Positions 30,491 to 39,488 of a stretch of 64,000 bases of DNA are shown here, piece after piece. Positions within the stretch are counted from its first letter, which is position 1; the number at the start of each line of letters is the position of its first letter. Source of the DNA: Candidatus Hydrogenedens sp. Its GTDB lineage: Bacteria; Hydrogenedentota; Hydrogenedentia; Hydrogenedentales; Hydrogenedentaceae. A model generated the notes under the pieces. The model saw only the letters and a list, made by a program, of their open reading frames with translations, made no database searches and was not told where the DNA came from. The stretch lies in assembly GCA_049968235.1 (NCBI GenBank), contig JBMFRC010000002.1:32001-96000 (forward strand), given 5' to 3'. The translations under genes and the position numbers were made by a program.

Positions 30491-31999
30491 TTACCAATTG
30501 ATTTTATAAATCTCTCCGTATTTATGCTTTAAATAGGTTATGTATGGTTGATGAGAAATATCAGAGCCCGTAATATTTTTAACGATATCCCTCGCACATA
30601 GTCTTCTACCCACTTTATATACATGCTCTTTTAACCAATCACGAATAGGAATAAAATCCCCTTGTTTAATTAACTTCGATATATCTAATTCACTTTTCAT
30701 TTTATCTGTAATTTGTGCGGAAAATAAATTTCCGAGTGCGTAACTTGGGAAATAACCGAAACTACCATGTGACCAGTGAATATCCTGTAAACAGCCCTGA
30801 GCATCATTAGAAGGATAATAACCCAATAAGGATTTGAACCGCTCGTTCCAACATTCAGGAATATCCGATATAGATAATTTTCCCTCTATTAAATCCTTTT
30901 CAATCTTATATCGAAGAACAATATGCAAATTATAGGAACATTCATCTGCCTCAACACGAATACAATTTGGAGAAACACGATTCACTTCCTTATATATAAT
31001 TTCCGGAGTTATATCTTTCAATTCTGAAGGAAAATACTTCTTTAATATAGGAAGAAGAAACATGGAAAAAGGATAACTCCGCCCGATAATATTCTCCCAG
31101 AATCTTGACTGAGACTCATGAATACCTAAGGAAGGTGCTTGTGCCAGCCATGTCCCACGGTCCTCTTTATAAAAACCCTGTTCATAGAGAGCATGCCCTC
31201 CTTCGTGAAGGGAACTAAAAATCCCGGAGAATAAATGCTCCTCATTTAACCTTGTCGTAATTCGAACATCATATACATCAAAGTTGGTCGTAAATGGATG
31301 GACAGAACGGTCCTGTCTTCCTGAATTAAAATCAAAGCCTATCGCAGTCAATAAATGAATCGTTATTTCCCATTGTTTTTCAGTATCCCAATTTTTCCCT
31401 TCAAAAACGGACTTTCCCACATCTTGTTGAAGGATTGTCTGGTATATGTGCGATTGCTCCGATTCTAATTTATGAAAAATTGTATCTAATAGTTTTGTAT
31501 CTATACCTCGTTCAAAATCTTCTAACAAAGCATCATAGGGTGAATCTATATATCCCAATAACTCTGCTCTTTCCCTGCACAGATTTATAATCGCTTCTAA
31601 AGATGATTGGAATAAAGAGAAAACCGATTTGTTTCTCGCTTCTACCCATGCATGGTAGGCTCTACTTCGTGCCTGTGCAAATTTACCTACCCATTGTTCT
31701 GGAATTTTTACAGAACGCTGATAATCATACATTGCTTCCCTGACCATCACTTGCTCATCAATGTCTAAATTATCCTGATTTTCTGTAAAATATGCCAAAT
31801 CATCACCTAATAAAGGATTCGTTTCTAATTTGTGTATCATCTCTGCTATTAATTTTAGTTGTTGCCCCCTACTTTCTGCTCCTCCTTGTGGCATATTTAC
31901 TTCTTCATCCCATTGTAATAAAGCGAAAACAGCACGAAGATTTATGATTTCTGATAATCGCTGTTTTAATTCTAAAAATCGTTCTTCCTGATTTTTCAT
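30491..31999 (-). CDS. M32 family carboxypeptidase (carboxypeptidase Taq-like)
   Basis: HEGGHALYEQG matches the HESGHALYE zinc motif of the M32 family. Length is about 500 aa. Confidence 0.85.
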   Translation of the reverse strand: MKNQEERFLELKQRLSEIINLRAVFALLQWDEEVNMPQGGAESRGQQLKLIAEMIHKLETNPLLGDDLAYFTENQDNLDIDEQVMVREAMYDYQRSVKIPEQWVGKFAQARSRAYHAWVEARNKSVFSLFQSSLEAIINLCRERAELLGYIDSPYDALLEDFERGIDTKLLDTIFHKLESEQSHIYQTILQQDVGKSVFEGKNWDTEKQWEITIHLLTAIGFDFNSGRQDRSVHPFTTNFDVYDVRITTRLNEEHLFSGIFSSLHEGGHALYEQGFYKEDRGTWLAQAPSLGIHESQSRFWENIIGRSYPFSMFLLPILKKYFPSELKDITPEIIYKEVNRVSPNCIRVEADECSYNLHIVLRYKIEKDLIEGKLSISDIPECWNERFKSLLGYYPSNDAQGCLQDIHWSHGSFGYFPSYALGNLFSAQITDKMKSELDISKLIKQGDFIPIRDWLKEHVYKVGRRLCARDIVKNITGSDISHQPYITYLKHKYGEIYKINW

Positions 32000-32029
32000 A
32001 ACGGACCCCTCTTCTTCAATCTCTAAAAT

Positions 32030-33772
32030 TTATCGTGTAGATATGGGCTTGGATGTGTCGTTTATCTGTTTATTGTATTTCTCTATTTTCCGCTTTACTT
32101 CTTCATTCTTAGGGTCAAGAATAATTGCTCGTTCCCATTCTGCAATTGCCCGTTTCAAATTCCCCTTTAATAAATAAGCATCTCCTAAGTGGTCACGAAG
32201 CACTGCATCATCAGTATTCATCTTATAAATTGCCTTCCGTATATATTCAATCGCCTTTTCTGCATCCCCCCGACGGTAATATATCCAGCCTAAACTATCC
32301 AGATAAAAAGGATTTTCCGGGTCAATCTTCAAAGCCCGTCGAATTAAATTTTCCGCTTCGGTTAGATTTACATTTTTATCTGCATATAAATATCCTAAGA
32401 AATTAAGTAATTCTGCGTTTTCTGGGTCCAATTCAATACATACTTTTAAATATTTTTCGGTATTCTCAAATTGTTTTAATTTGTCATAACAAATAGAAAG
32501 ATAGTAGTGAACCCATAAATTCTTATCATGTTCTTTTAATAAGGGAGTTAATATTTCAATGGCTTTTTCTTCCCGTTCTGCAACCATCAAAACTCGAGAC
32601 CATATTAAGCATAACGCTAACGAATTTCCTTCTTTCACCAATGTTTCAATTTGGCTTTCAAACCAGCCCGAAACAATCCCTGTTCCGAAATTACTCCAGA
32701 TTGCATTTATAAAATCATTACATTCGCTATCTATTGTTTCCGAAAAATCGTCTATTGTCTCTAAAATTCTTTGAAAATCATTATTTCCTGAAAGTTTTAA
32801 GGTCAATACATATAGCAACTTACTCATCAAAGGATATTCATTTACAGGAAGCAATGACATTGCACGGGAATAATCAGCATTCCGTAAAAAGAAAAAAGAG
32901 AGCAACATTTTCTGAAGAGGGGTTGTCTCTGTAGAAAGCATCATTTTTTGAGCAATCTCCCCTGCCTTTACCATTTCTCCTATACGGGCGTAGGCTCCTA
33001 ATAAAACTTCCCATGCTTTTATATCCTCAGGCTTTTTTTGCACATATTGTTCCAAAAACTGAATTGCATTTGACAATTGATTTTCATCAATATAGAGCAA
33101 TGCGAGTATATAATGAGCCCGTATCATACGCGGGTCTAATTTCAAAGATTTTTCTAATTCTGTTATGGCTAATGGATTATTTTTTATACGGGCATAGGTT
33201 AAACCTAACTGGTAATGCAATAACGCACTATTCGGTCTCTTTTCTATCATTTTCCGATAAATATCAATTGCTGCAACTAAATCATTGGTATCTTCTTGTA
33301 ATTCAAGCAAAGCACTATAACCAAGGACATCCTCAGGATTTAATTCGATGGCTTTTTGAAAAGATTCTACGGCATCATCAATTCTCCCTAAACGATGACA
33401 CAACTCACCCCGGATTAGATAAAGGGAAGGTAAATTTTTATCTTTTTGAATTACTTTATCCACACTAACCAGTGCCTGTTCATATTTTTCTGCCATAAGA
33501 TAAAGCCGGATAAGACGAACCCAAGGTGTCGTTGCTTCAGGGTCATATTTTAATGTCTCTTCCAATTCCTGTATTGCTCTTTCTGTATCTCCCTGTCGGT
33601 GATAGACCATAGCGGAAAGATAATGAGAAAGAGATTTCCCTTTGAGTTGTGTCGTTGGTTTATTAAACGTAGTTTTTATATCCATACCTAAATAAGAAGG
33701 AGATATCTGGCAATTTGCAATAAGAAATAAAAATGGTAATAAAAAAAATTTTTCTTTCTTAAAAAACTTCAT
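32030..33772 (-). CDS. Tetratricopeptide (TPR) repeat lipoprotein
   Basis: Lipobox LIANC after a signal peptide. More than 12 recognisable 34-residue TPR units (W-LG-Y...A...P patterns) run throughout. Confidence 0.75.
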   Translation of the reverse strand: MKFFKKEKFFLLPFLFLIANCQISPSYLGMDIKTTFNKPTTQLKGKSLSHYLSAMVYHRQGDTERAIQELEETLKYDPEATTPWVRLIRLYLMAEKYEQALVSVDKVIQKDKNLPSLYLIRGELCHRLGRIDDAVESFQKAIELNPEDVLGYSALLELQEDTNDLVAAIDIYRKMIEKRPNSALLHYQLGLTYARIKNNPLAITELEKSLKLDPRMIRAHYILALLYIDENQLSNAIQFLEQYVQKKPEDIKAWEVLLGAYARIGEMVKAGEIAQKMMLSTETTPLQKMLLSFFFLRNADYSRAMSLLPVNEYPLMSKLLYVLTLKLSGNNDFQRILETIDDFSETIDSECNDFINAIWSNFGTGIVSGWFESQIETLVKEGNSLALCLIWSRVLMVAEREEKAIEILTPLLKEHDKNLWVHYYLSICYDKLKQFENTEKYLKVCIELDPENAELLNFLGYLYADKNVNLTEAENLIRRALKIDPENPFYLDSLGWIYYRRGDAEKAIEYIRKAIYKMNTDDAVLRDHLGDAYLLKGNLKRAIAEWERAIILDPKNEEVKRKIEKYNKQINDTSKPISTR

Positions 33773-33793
33773 AATTACTTCATTCCCATGTAT

Positions 33794-34435
33794 CTATTTT
33801 AATTCCGGAAATAAGGACGCTGTCATCGAATTTAAGGGAGCAAAACTTAATCGATGAATGGGAGATGGTCCGAATTTCTCAATAGCCTGAAGATGTTCTT
33901 TCGTTCCATAACCTTTATGCCTTGCAAATCCATATTCCGGATATTCTTTGTCAAATTCTTTCATAATTCTATCGCGTGTTACTTTCGCAACAATACTCGC
34001 TGCACCAATTGATATGGAGCGTTGGTCTCCCTTAATTATTTTCCATGCAGGACATGGAAAACCTTTTATCTCATAACCATCAATTAAAAGTAAATCGGGT
34101 TTGTTTTTTAAACGAGACACCGCTTCTGTCATTGCACAAATATTTGCCGATTGAATTCCTATTTCATCTATTATTTTGTTACTGATTATAGAGATACCAA
34201 TATCGTGTTCTCCGGACATTAGTATATCAAATAATTCTTCTCTTTTTCTTTCTGTCAATCTTTTTGAATCATCAATTCCATAGACAACGGAATATAGAAC
34301 CACTGCCGATGAAACAATAGGACCCGCCAGTGGTCCTCTACCTGCTTCATCCACCCCTGCTATATAAATAAAACCTTGTTCTTTCCCTTTATTTTCGAAA
34401 AACCACTTATCGGTGATACTCATTTCTTTACTCAT
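33794..34435 (-). CDS. rnhB: Ribonuclease HII
   Basis: IAGVDEAGRGPLAGPIV active-site motif. Length 213 aa. Confidence 0.9.
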   Translation of the reverse strand: MSKEMSITDKWFFENKGKEQGFIYIAGVDEAGRGPLAGPIVSSAVVLYSVVYGIDDSKRLTERKREELFDILMSGEHDIGISIISNKIIDEIGIQSANICAMTEAVSRLKNKPDLLLIDGYEIKGFPCPAWKIIKGDQRSISIGAASIVAKVTRDRIMKEFDKEYPEYGFARHKGYGTKEHLQAIEKFGPSPIHRLSFAPLNSMTASLFPELK

Positions 34436-34497
34436 CTATAAATATATCCTTTAGAAATACATTCTAACTCAAACCAATTAACCCTTTAAAACAGTCA

Positions 34498-34528
34498 GGG
34501 CGAGCATGTCCTCCGGACATTCTCGCCC
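34498..34528 (-). terminator. Rho-independent terminator candidate downstream of the 34557..35132 gene
   Basis: GGGCGAGCATGTCC, a TCC loop, then GGACATTCTCGCCC: a 14-bp GC-rich stem with one mismatch. On the - strand it is followed within a few nt by TTTT. It lies between that gene's stop and the rnhB start. Confidence 0.55.
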
Positions 34529-34556
34529 CAAATTAAAACTGATTAAATTTCAAATA

Positions 34557-35132
34557 TTATATTCCTGGTGGCAATAAATGACCATAAGATAATGTCGTTC
34601 TGGAACCATCAGGATTAAATACTGTAATGAAGTTCACATTGGCACCCTGAACATCATTCGGTCCACCAATCCATTCGATAGTGCAGGAACCGTTTTTCTT
34701 GGTGTCAACGATACCGACACCCGGAATCGGTGTGCTGTCGTCAGGACTGATAGGTCTGTCAGGAACCAATACACCCTGTCCACCTTCTTGACCTCTTGGG
34801 GATCCACCTGGAACTGTGGAATCTGGGTCATAAACACATGGACGGAATGCTAATGCAGACTTCGGTGCAATGGTGAAACTGTTATTGGGTGGGAAAGGAC
34901 CCAAGCAAACACCATCTGCATTGTAATAGGTAATGTAGCATGTCAATGTAGTATCTACATTACTCTTCAGATAAATCAGGTTCATAGCGCCTGATTTCCC
35001 GACCGAAGGATTCACAGGTACACCTACATCTGCAGGAAGGTTGTCTGAGAACCATGGTACTGCCAATGAACTGGCGAATGCCACTCCGGTTCCTACTAAC
35101 ACTAACAATGCGGCGAAACTAAGTTTTCTCAT
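34557..35132 (-). CDS. Hypothetical small secreted protein with Gly/Pro-rich segments; locally GC-elevated gene
   Basis: Signal peptide MRKLSFAALLVLVGTGVAFASSLA. No known motif. By eye the GC content is roughly 50% against roughly 38% in the surrounding genes. It is flanked by a 9-bp palindrome upstream and a strong hairpin downstream. Confidence 0.5.
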   Translation of the reverse strand: MRKLSFAALLVLVGTGVAFASSLAVPWFSDNLPADVGVPVNPSVGKSGAMNLIYLKSNVDTTLTCYITYYNADGVCLGPFPPNNSFTIAPKSALAFRPCVYDPDSTVPGGSPRGQEGGQGVLVPDRPISPDDSTPIPGVGIVDTKKNGSCTIEWIGGPNDVQGANVNFITVFNPDGSRTTLSYGHLLPPGI

Positions 35133-35171
35133 CTTTTCACCTCCTCTCGTGGGGGTTTACCTAAACTTTTT

Positions 35172-35193
35172 GTCATGTTCACTGGAACATGAC
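35172..35193. promoter_or_regulatory. Perfect 9-bp inverted repeat GTCATGTTC-ACTG-GAACATGAC in the divergent intergenic region between the GC-rich secreted-protein gene and the sulfatase gene; candidate operator or 5'-UTR hairpin
   Basis: Read directly. It starts 40 bp upstream of the start codon of the minus-strand gene 34557..35132 and is followed on the + strand by a T8 run at 35203..35210. Confidence 0.4.
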
Positions 35194-35417
35194 CTCGTTT
35201 AGTTTTTTTTATTCAATTTTCACTATATAGTTTATACCACAAACCAGTTTGAGATGTCAAGTCAAATTTTCAAAATTTTAAAAAAATTTTATTCCCAAAA
35301 TATAACTGAAATTATTTTCACTATTCCACTACTTTTCATATATTACAAAAATAGAATACTCAACCATAACATTGAAAATAGTATAATAAAATACTACTAA
35401 ACATAGATTGGGATTCA

Positions 35418-36530
35418 TTGATGAAAAAATTATCAAGGAGAAATTTTCTTCTAAGTAGCACATTACCTCTGTTCCCATACATATATAAATCTACAAACAA
35501 GCAAAGCAATATAAATATTCTTCTTATCATTTCTGATGATTTGAACAATTACACTTCTTACTTAAATTGTGAACCTGAACTATTAACCCCGAACATTCAT
35601 TCACTGCAAAAACATTCTATTACCTTTGAAAATGCATATTGTCAGTATCCTCTTTGCCATCCATCAAGAACAAGTATGCTTACAGGACTTCATCCCTTCT
35701 CTACGGGCGTATACATGTCCGAACAGATTAATTCTGCAGAGTTGCCTATATTACCTCAGTATTTAAAGGAAACACATTACCTTACTGCTGGAATTGGAAA
35801 AGTATTTCATCCCAAATACAATATTGAAAATGTATGGGATTTTAACTTCGAAATATACGACAACCTTTACAATTTTATATACAAAAAAGATGACCCTTTA
35901 TCTGCACAAAATTTCTGTTATGGTCCTGTTGATATTTCCCTTGAAGATACTAATGACTACAAAATAGCCCAACAAGCAGTGGATTTTATTAAATCGAATA
36001 AAAATAATCCCTGGTTTCTTGCTATTGGTTTCCACACTCCTCATACCCCTCTTTTTGCACCCCGGGAGTTTTTCAAGAAAATCCCAAAAAATATTGTAAA
36101 AAAGCCTATCGTTCCCGACGATGATTTAAACGATATTCCAGAAGCAGGTATAAAATTAATAACGAAATACGATAAGGCAAACATACACCAACTTGTATTA
36201 GAAAGGAATATATGGGAAGAACTTATTTATGCCTATTTAGTTCGAATTGCATTCTTAGATGAACTTATTGGAAGCATATTAAAAAATCTTGAAGAAAGTA
36301 AGATATTTAACAATACTTGTATTCTTCTTTGCGGTGATAATGGATGGCATTTAGGGGAAAAGAAACGATGGCAGAAATTTACTCTATGGCAAGAAGCCAA
36401 TAAAGTCCCACTTATTCTGCATCTCCCTGATGGATATAAAGGAGGCTTAACCCTAAAAGAACCTGCTGGGCTTGTTGATATTTTCCCCACAATAACAGAC
36501 CTTCTCTCTTTAAATAAACCTGAAAATTAG
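35418..36530 (+). CDS. Cys-type sulfatase with a Tat signal; catalytic N-terminal domain intact, reading frame broken at the 3' end
   Basis: Twin-arginine motif SRRNFLL. FGly signature CHPSRTSMLTGL. TPNIHSLQKHSITFENAY and CGDNGWHLGE are sulfatase blocks. Confidence 0.8.
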   Translation: MMKKLSRRNFLLSSTLPLFPYIYKSTNKQSNINILLIISDDLNNYTSYLNCEPELLTPNIHSLQKHSITFENAYCQYPLCHPSRTSMLTGLHPFSTGVYMSEQINSAELPILPQYLKETHYLTAGIGKVFHPKYNIENVWDFNFEIYDNLYNFIYKKDDPLSAQNFCYGPVDISLEDTNDYKIAQQAVDFIKSNKNNPWFLAIGFHTPHTPLFAPREFFKKIPKNIVKKPIVPDDDLNDIPEAGIKLITKYDKANIHQLVLERNIWEELIYAYLVRIAFLDELIGSILKNLEESKIFNNTCILLCGDNGWHLGEKKRWQKFTLWQEANKVPLILHLPDGYKGGLTLKEPAGLVDIFPTITDLLSLNKPEN

Positions 36531-36823
36531 AAGGTAAAAGTTTATTGCCTTCGATAAAAAAAGAAGTAATAGAAAATCCATATGTGGTAATTTCTCAGAT
36601 ATAAAATAACAATTTTGCCTTCCGTACGACACGATATTCGTATATTATTTATTATGATGGAAGCGAAGAACTATATGATTACCAATCAGACCCAGGAGAA
36701 TATCATAACATTGCTATGTTAGAAGAGAGTCAAGAAATAAAAAGGAATATCATTTCATTAATTCCCGATAATCAGCGGAAAAAGTTAGCCTCTATTATTA
36801 AAAAAGATATTTTCCAACCATAA
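36530..36823 (+). pseudogene. Displaced C-terminal segment of the upstream sulfatase, in the -1 frame and interrupted by an in-frame TAA at 36602
   Basis: The frame starting at 36530 reads EGKSLLPSIKKEVIENPYVVISQI-TAA-NNNFAFRTTRYSYIIYYDGSEELYDYQSDPGEYHNIA...FQP-stop. These are the conserved sulfatase C-terminal GKSLLP and ELYDLxxDPxExxN blocks. Confidence 0.55.
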
Positions 36824-36824
36824 A

Positions 36825-39482
36825 TCAATTCAAATAACCCAGATTTCTCAAAGTCTCCCTTGTTTCATCAGAGATATCCACTACCTTTCTTCCATCCTCT
36901 GTTCCTTTTGAATAGTACTCAACCCAGAAGAAAAATTCTTTTTTATCATTAGAATTGCCTGACTTCTGAACCTTCATATCTTCACTTGAGAAATAGAAAA
37001 ACTTTTCACCTTTTGACTGTAACAGATGATAACTAGAAGGATAACTTATTGCCCAACAATTTTGGATATGAATTTTCAACTCGCTTTTATCTTCTACCGG
37101 CATAATCTGAATTATTGCAGGTATAGAACTTTTTGGAAGAAATACATCTGCCTTCAAATCCATAGGTGTTGTTCTTTCATTTTTTGTCCGTAATACCCCT
37201 CCTTGAATTTTAGAAAATAGAATAGGCACAGAACATTGTATATTTACGGAACCTGTCCAGAAGGATACAGGATTCGAGAAACATAACCACCAACCTTCTT
37301 TTTTTAGTCCAAATTTTTGCATCAATAATATGGACATATCTTTAAATAATTCCGGTTGTTCTAAACTTACATCATAGTATTCTGCCATATTTTTTTGTAA
37401 ATCAAATAAAGATTTAACACCCTTAGGAATATCCTCCAAAAGTTTATACTGCTTTTTTACTAATGCCCTCATATCTCCTCTTAGACTTGATGAGAAAATA
37501 AGTCTTTCAGTCATTTTTTCTTTTGAAATAATATCTAACAAAGATACACCATCTAATGACACATCCTCTTTCTGATTTAATATTTCTAATATAGTAGGCA
37601 TTAAATCTTCCAGTATTACTCTATCTTTCACATGAAGTCCTGCATATTTGTTATTCGGGAATTTGATAATAGTTACATTCCTCATACTCTCCTCATACAC
37701 ATTATCATGTCCGTATAATCCATGTTCCCCTAAAGATTCCCCATGGTCAGAAACAACCGCTATAAAAGCAGAGTCATACAATCCAATGTCTTTTAAAAAA
37801 GCAAAAAAATCTCCTAAAGCATAATCTACTTTATAAACACAGTCATCATAAAGAGCATGAATATATGCAATCTCTTCCTCTGTTGGGTAAACATCCCCGG
37901 TTGCAAGATACTGAAGCAATAGCCCTAACGATGGGATATCTTCACAACCAATATAACCGTTTTCAGGTCTTACCATTCCTCGAGAAAACATTTTAAAATG
38001 TTCCTCACCCGCATCATAAATCAAATTTCCATACGCTTTTGAATGGACATCATAATTATGCATAAAGACAAATATTCGTTGATTTTGTTGATGGGCTATC
38101 CAATCTTTAGTTTCATTACAAACTTCCAATACAGTCCTCCGATTTCCTTCTCTTCCTTCTTCCGGTACAGAAAACAAATCCATTCCTCGTGCAAATCCAC
38201 GAGATGGAATAAACCACCATAAAAACCCCGCAAAACCTGCTGTTGTATATCCATAATCTCTCATCAGTTCAGGCAAGGTTCCCACATAAGGGTAAACATC
38301 TGTATTACGAGTTAAACCATGTCCTTCCGGAAATCGTCCTGTAAGCATGCTCATATGAGCCACAGGGGTAAATGTCTGGGTAGTATATGCATTTTCAAAA
38401 ACAACAGCATCCTTTGCAAAATTATCCAGATTTGGACTTGTAGGCAAATAATATCCATATGGTAGTAAATGGTCGGGTCTTAATGTATCGCAAGAAATAA
38501 TAAAAAAAGGGGGTCCCTTTTGGTTATTTTCAATTGTTGTATTTACAAGCATTGGATTTCCCCATACGCCGAAATCTCCAATGGAATTATTAATTGGGTT
38601 CATCTCAAAAATAAACTCTACCTCCTTACTTTCATATTTATCAAGACTTAATACACCTCTTTTCCATTTCCTATCTTCCTCTGTTACCTGTGGTCGCATT
38701 TCCGCATGATATATCGCATCTGTACTACCATCTGATACTATATGGATTGAAAAGGCTATTCCATCAGTCTGCCAATCTTGGCTTTCAGAAGTTTTCTTAT
38801 AAGCACCCAAAATAGGATTGTATATTCCAATATAAAAAATTAGTTTCATTCCCTGTTCAATTTTCCGAGTAAATATTACCTTTTCGTTCCATAAAACATC
38901 CATACACACACTACCTATTGTTAACTGTCGTGGATGTTTTTTTTCATAAGGCACAAAGTTTACTTTCTCTAAGTTTACTTCCTTCTCATCTGATATTCCT
39001 TGTATTTCTACCCATACCTTATCTACTGTATCAAATATAGGATTCTCTTTATCCGAAAATCTCAAAGCAAAGGAATATGTATGTATCTTCCCATCGTTAA
39101 TCAATCTCATCCCTTCGGAAGGGAAATAAATGTTATCATCCCATTTTTTACTTGACCAACCCCACCTTATTTCAGAACCCTTCTTACTGGATAAATATAT
39201 ATGAACAAATTGATACATTCCCATATCCATAGCGGATGACAGAGAAAATAACAGAATCTTTACATTTGGGTCCAAAGATTTTTTCCATTCTTTTCCCTCT
39301 AATATTAACTCTGGAAACTTTTCTCTTTTTTCCCAATATTCCTTCGAGAAACGGAATATGTCATCACCCCATGAGACACAACATATTGGTATAACAAACA
39401 TAAAAATAAAAACAATAAGAAGGGGAGTTTTCCTGTGAAAAAAAGAAACTATAGGTTTTTCTTTATATATATACTTATTCAT
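36825..39482 (-). CDS. Large secreted sulfatase-fold (alkaline phosphatase superfamily) protein without the C-x-P-x-R FGly motif, carrying an unknown ~300-aa N-terminal domain
   Basis: N-terminal TM/signal. FFIISCDTLRPDHL metal-binding block. SPNLDNFAKDAVVFENAYTTQTFTPVAHMSMLTG has Thr where the Cys/Ser nucleophile normally sits. The N-domain has the conserved RWGWSS motif. Paralog of the next gene. Confidence 0.7.
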   Translation of the reverse strand: MNKYIYKEKPIVSFFHRKTPLLIVFIFMFVIPICCVSWGDDIFRFSKEYWEKREKFPELILEGKEWKKSLDPNVKILLFSLSSAMDMGMYQFVHIYLSSKKGSEIRWGWSSKKWDDNIYFPSEGMRLINDGKIHTYSFALRFSDKENPIFDTVDKVWVEIQGISDEKEVNLEKVNFVPYEKKHPRQLTIGSVCMDVLWNEKVIFTRKIEQGMKLIFYIGIYNPILGAYKKTSESQDWQTDGIAFSIHIVSDGSTDAIYHAEMRPQVTEEDRKWKRGVLSLDKYESKEVEFIFEMNPINNSIGDFGVWGNPMLVNTTIENNQKGPPFFIISCDTLRPDHLLPYGYYLPTSPNLDNFAKDAVVFENAYTTQTFTPVAHMSMLTGRFPEGHGLTRNTDVYPYVGTLPELMRDYGYTTAGFAGFLWWFIPSRGFARGMDLFSVPEEGREGNRRTVLEVCNETKDWIAHQQNQRIFVFMHNYDVHSKAYGNLIYDAGEEHFKMFSRGMVRPENGYIGCEDIPSLGLLLQYLATGDVYPTEEEIAYIHALYDDCVYKVDYALGDFFAFLKDIGLYDSAFIAVVSDHGESLGEHGLYGHDNVYEESMRNVTIIKFPNNKYAGLHVKDRVILEDLMPTILEILNQKEDVSLDGVSLLDIISKEKMTERLIFSSSLRGDMRALVKKQYKLLEDIPKGVKSLFDLQKNMAEYYDVSLEQPELFKDMSILLMQKFGLKKEGWWLCFSNPVSFWTGSVNIQCSVPILFSKIQGGVLRTKNERTTPMDLKADVFLPKSSIPAIIQIMPVEDKSELKIHIQNCWAISYPSSYHLLQSKGEKFFYFSSEDMKVQKSGNSNDKKEFFFWVEYYSKGTEDGRKVVDISDETRETLRNLGYLN

Positions 39483-39488
39483 ATCTGG

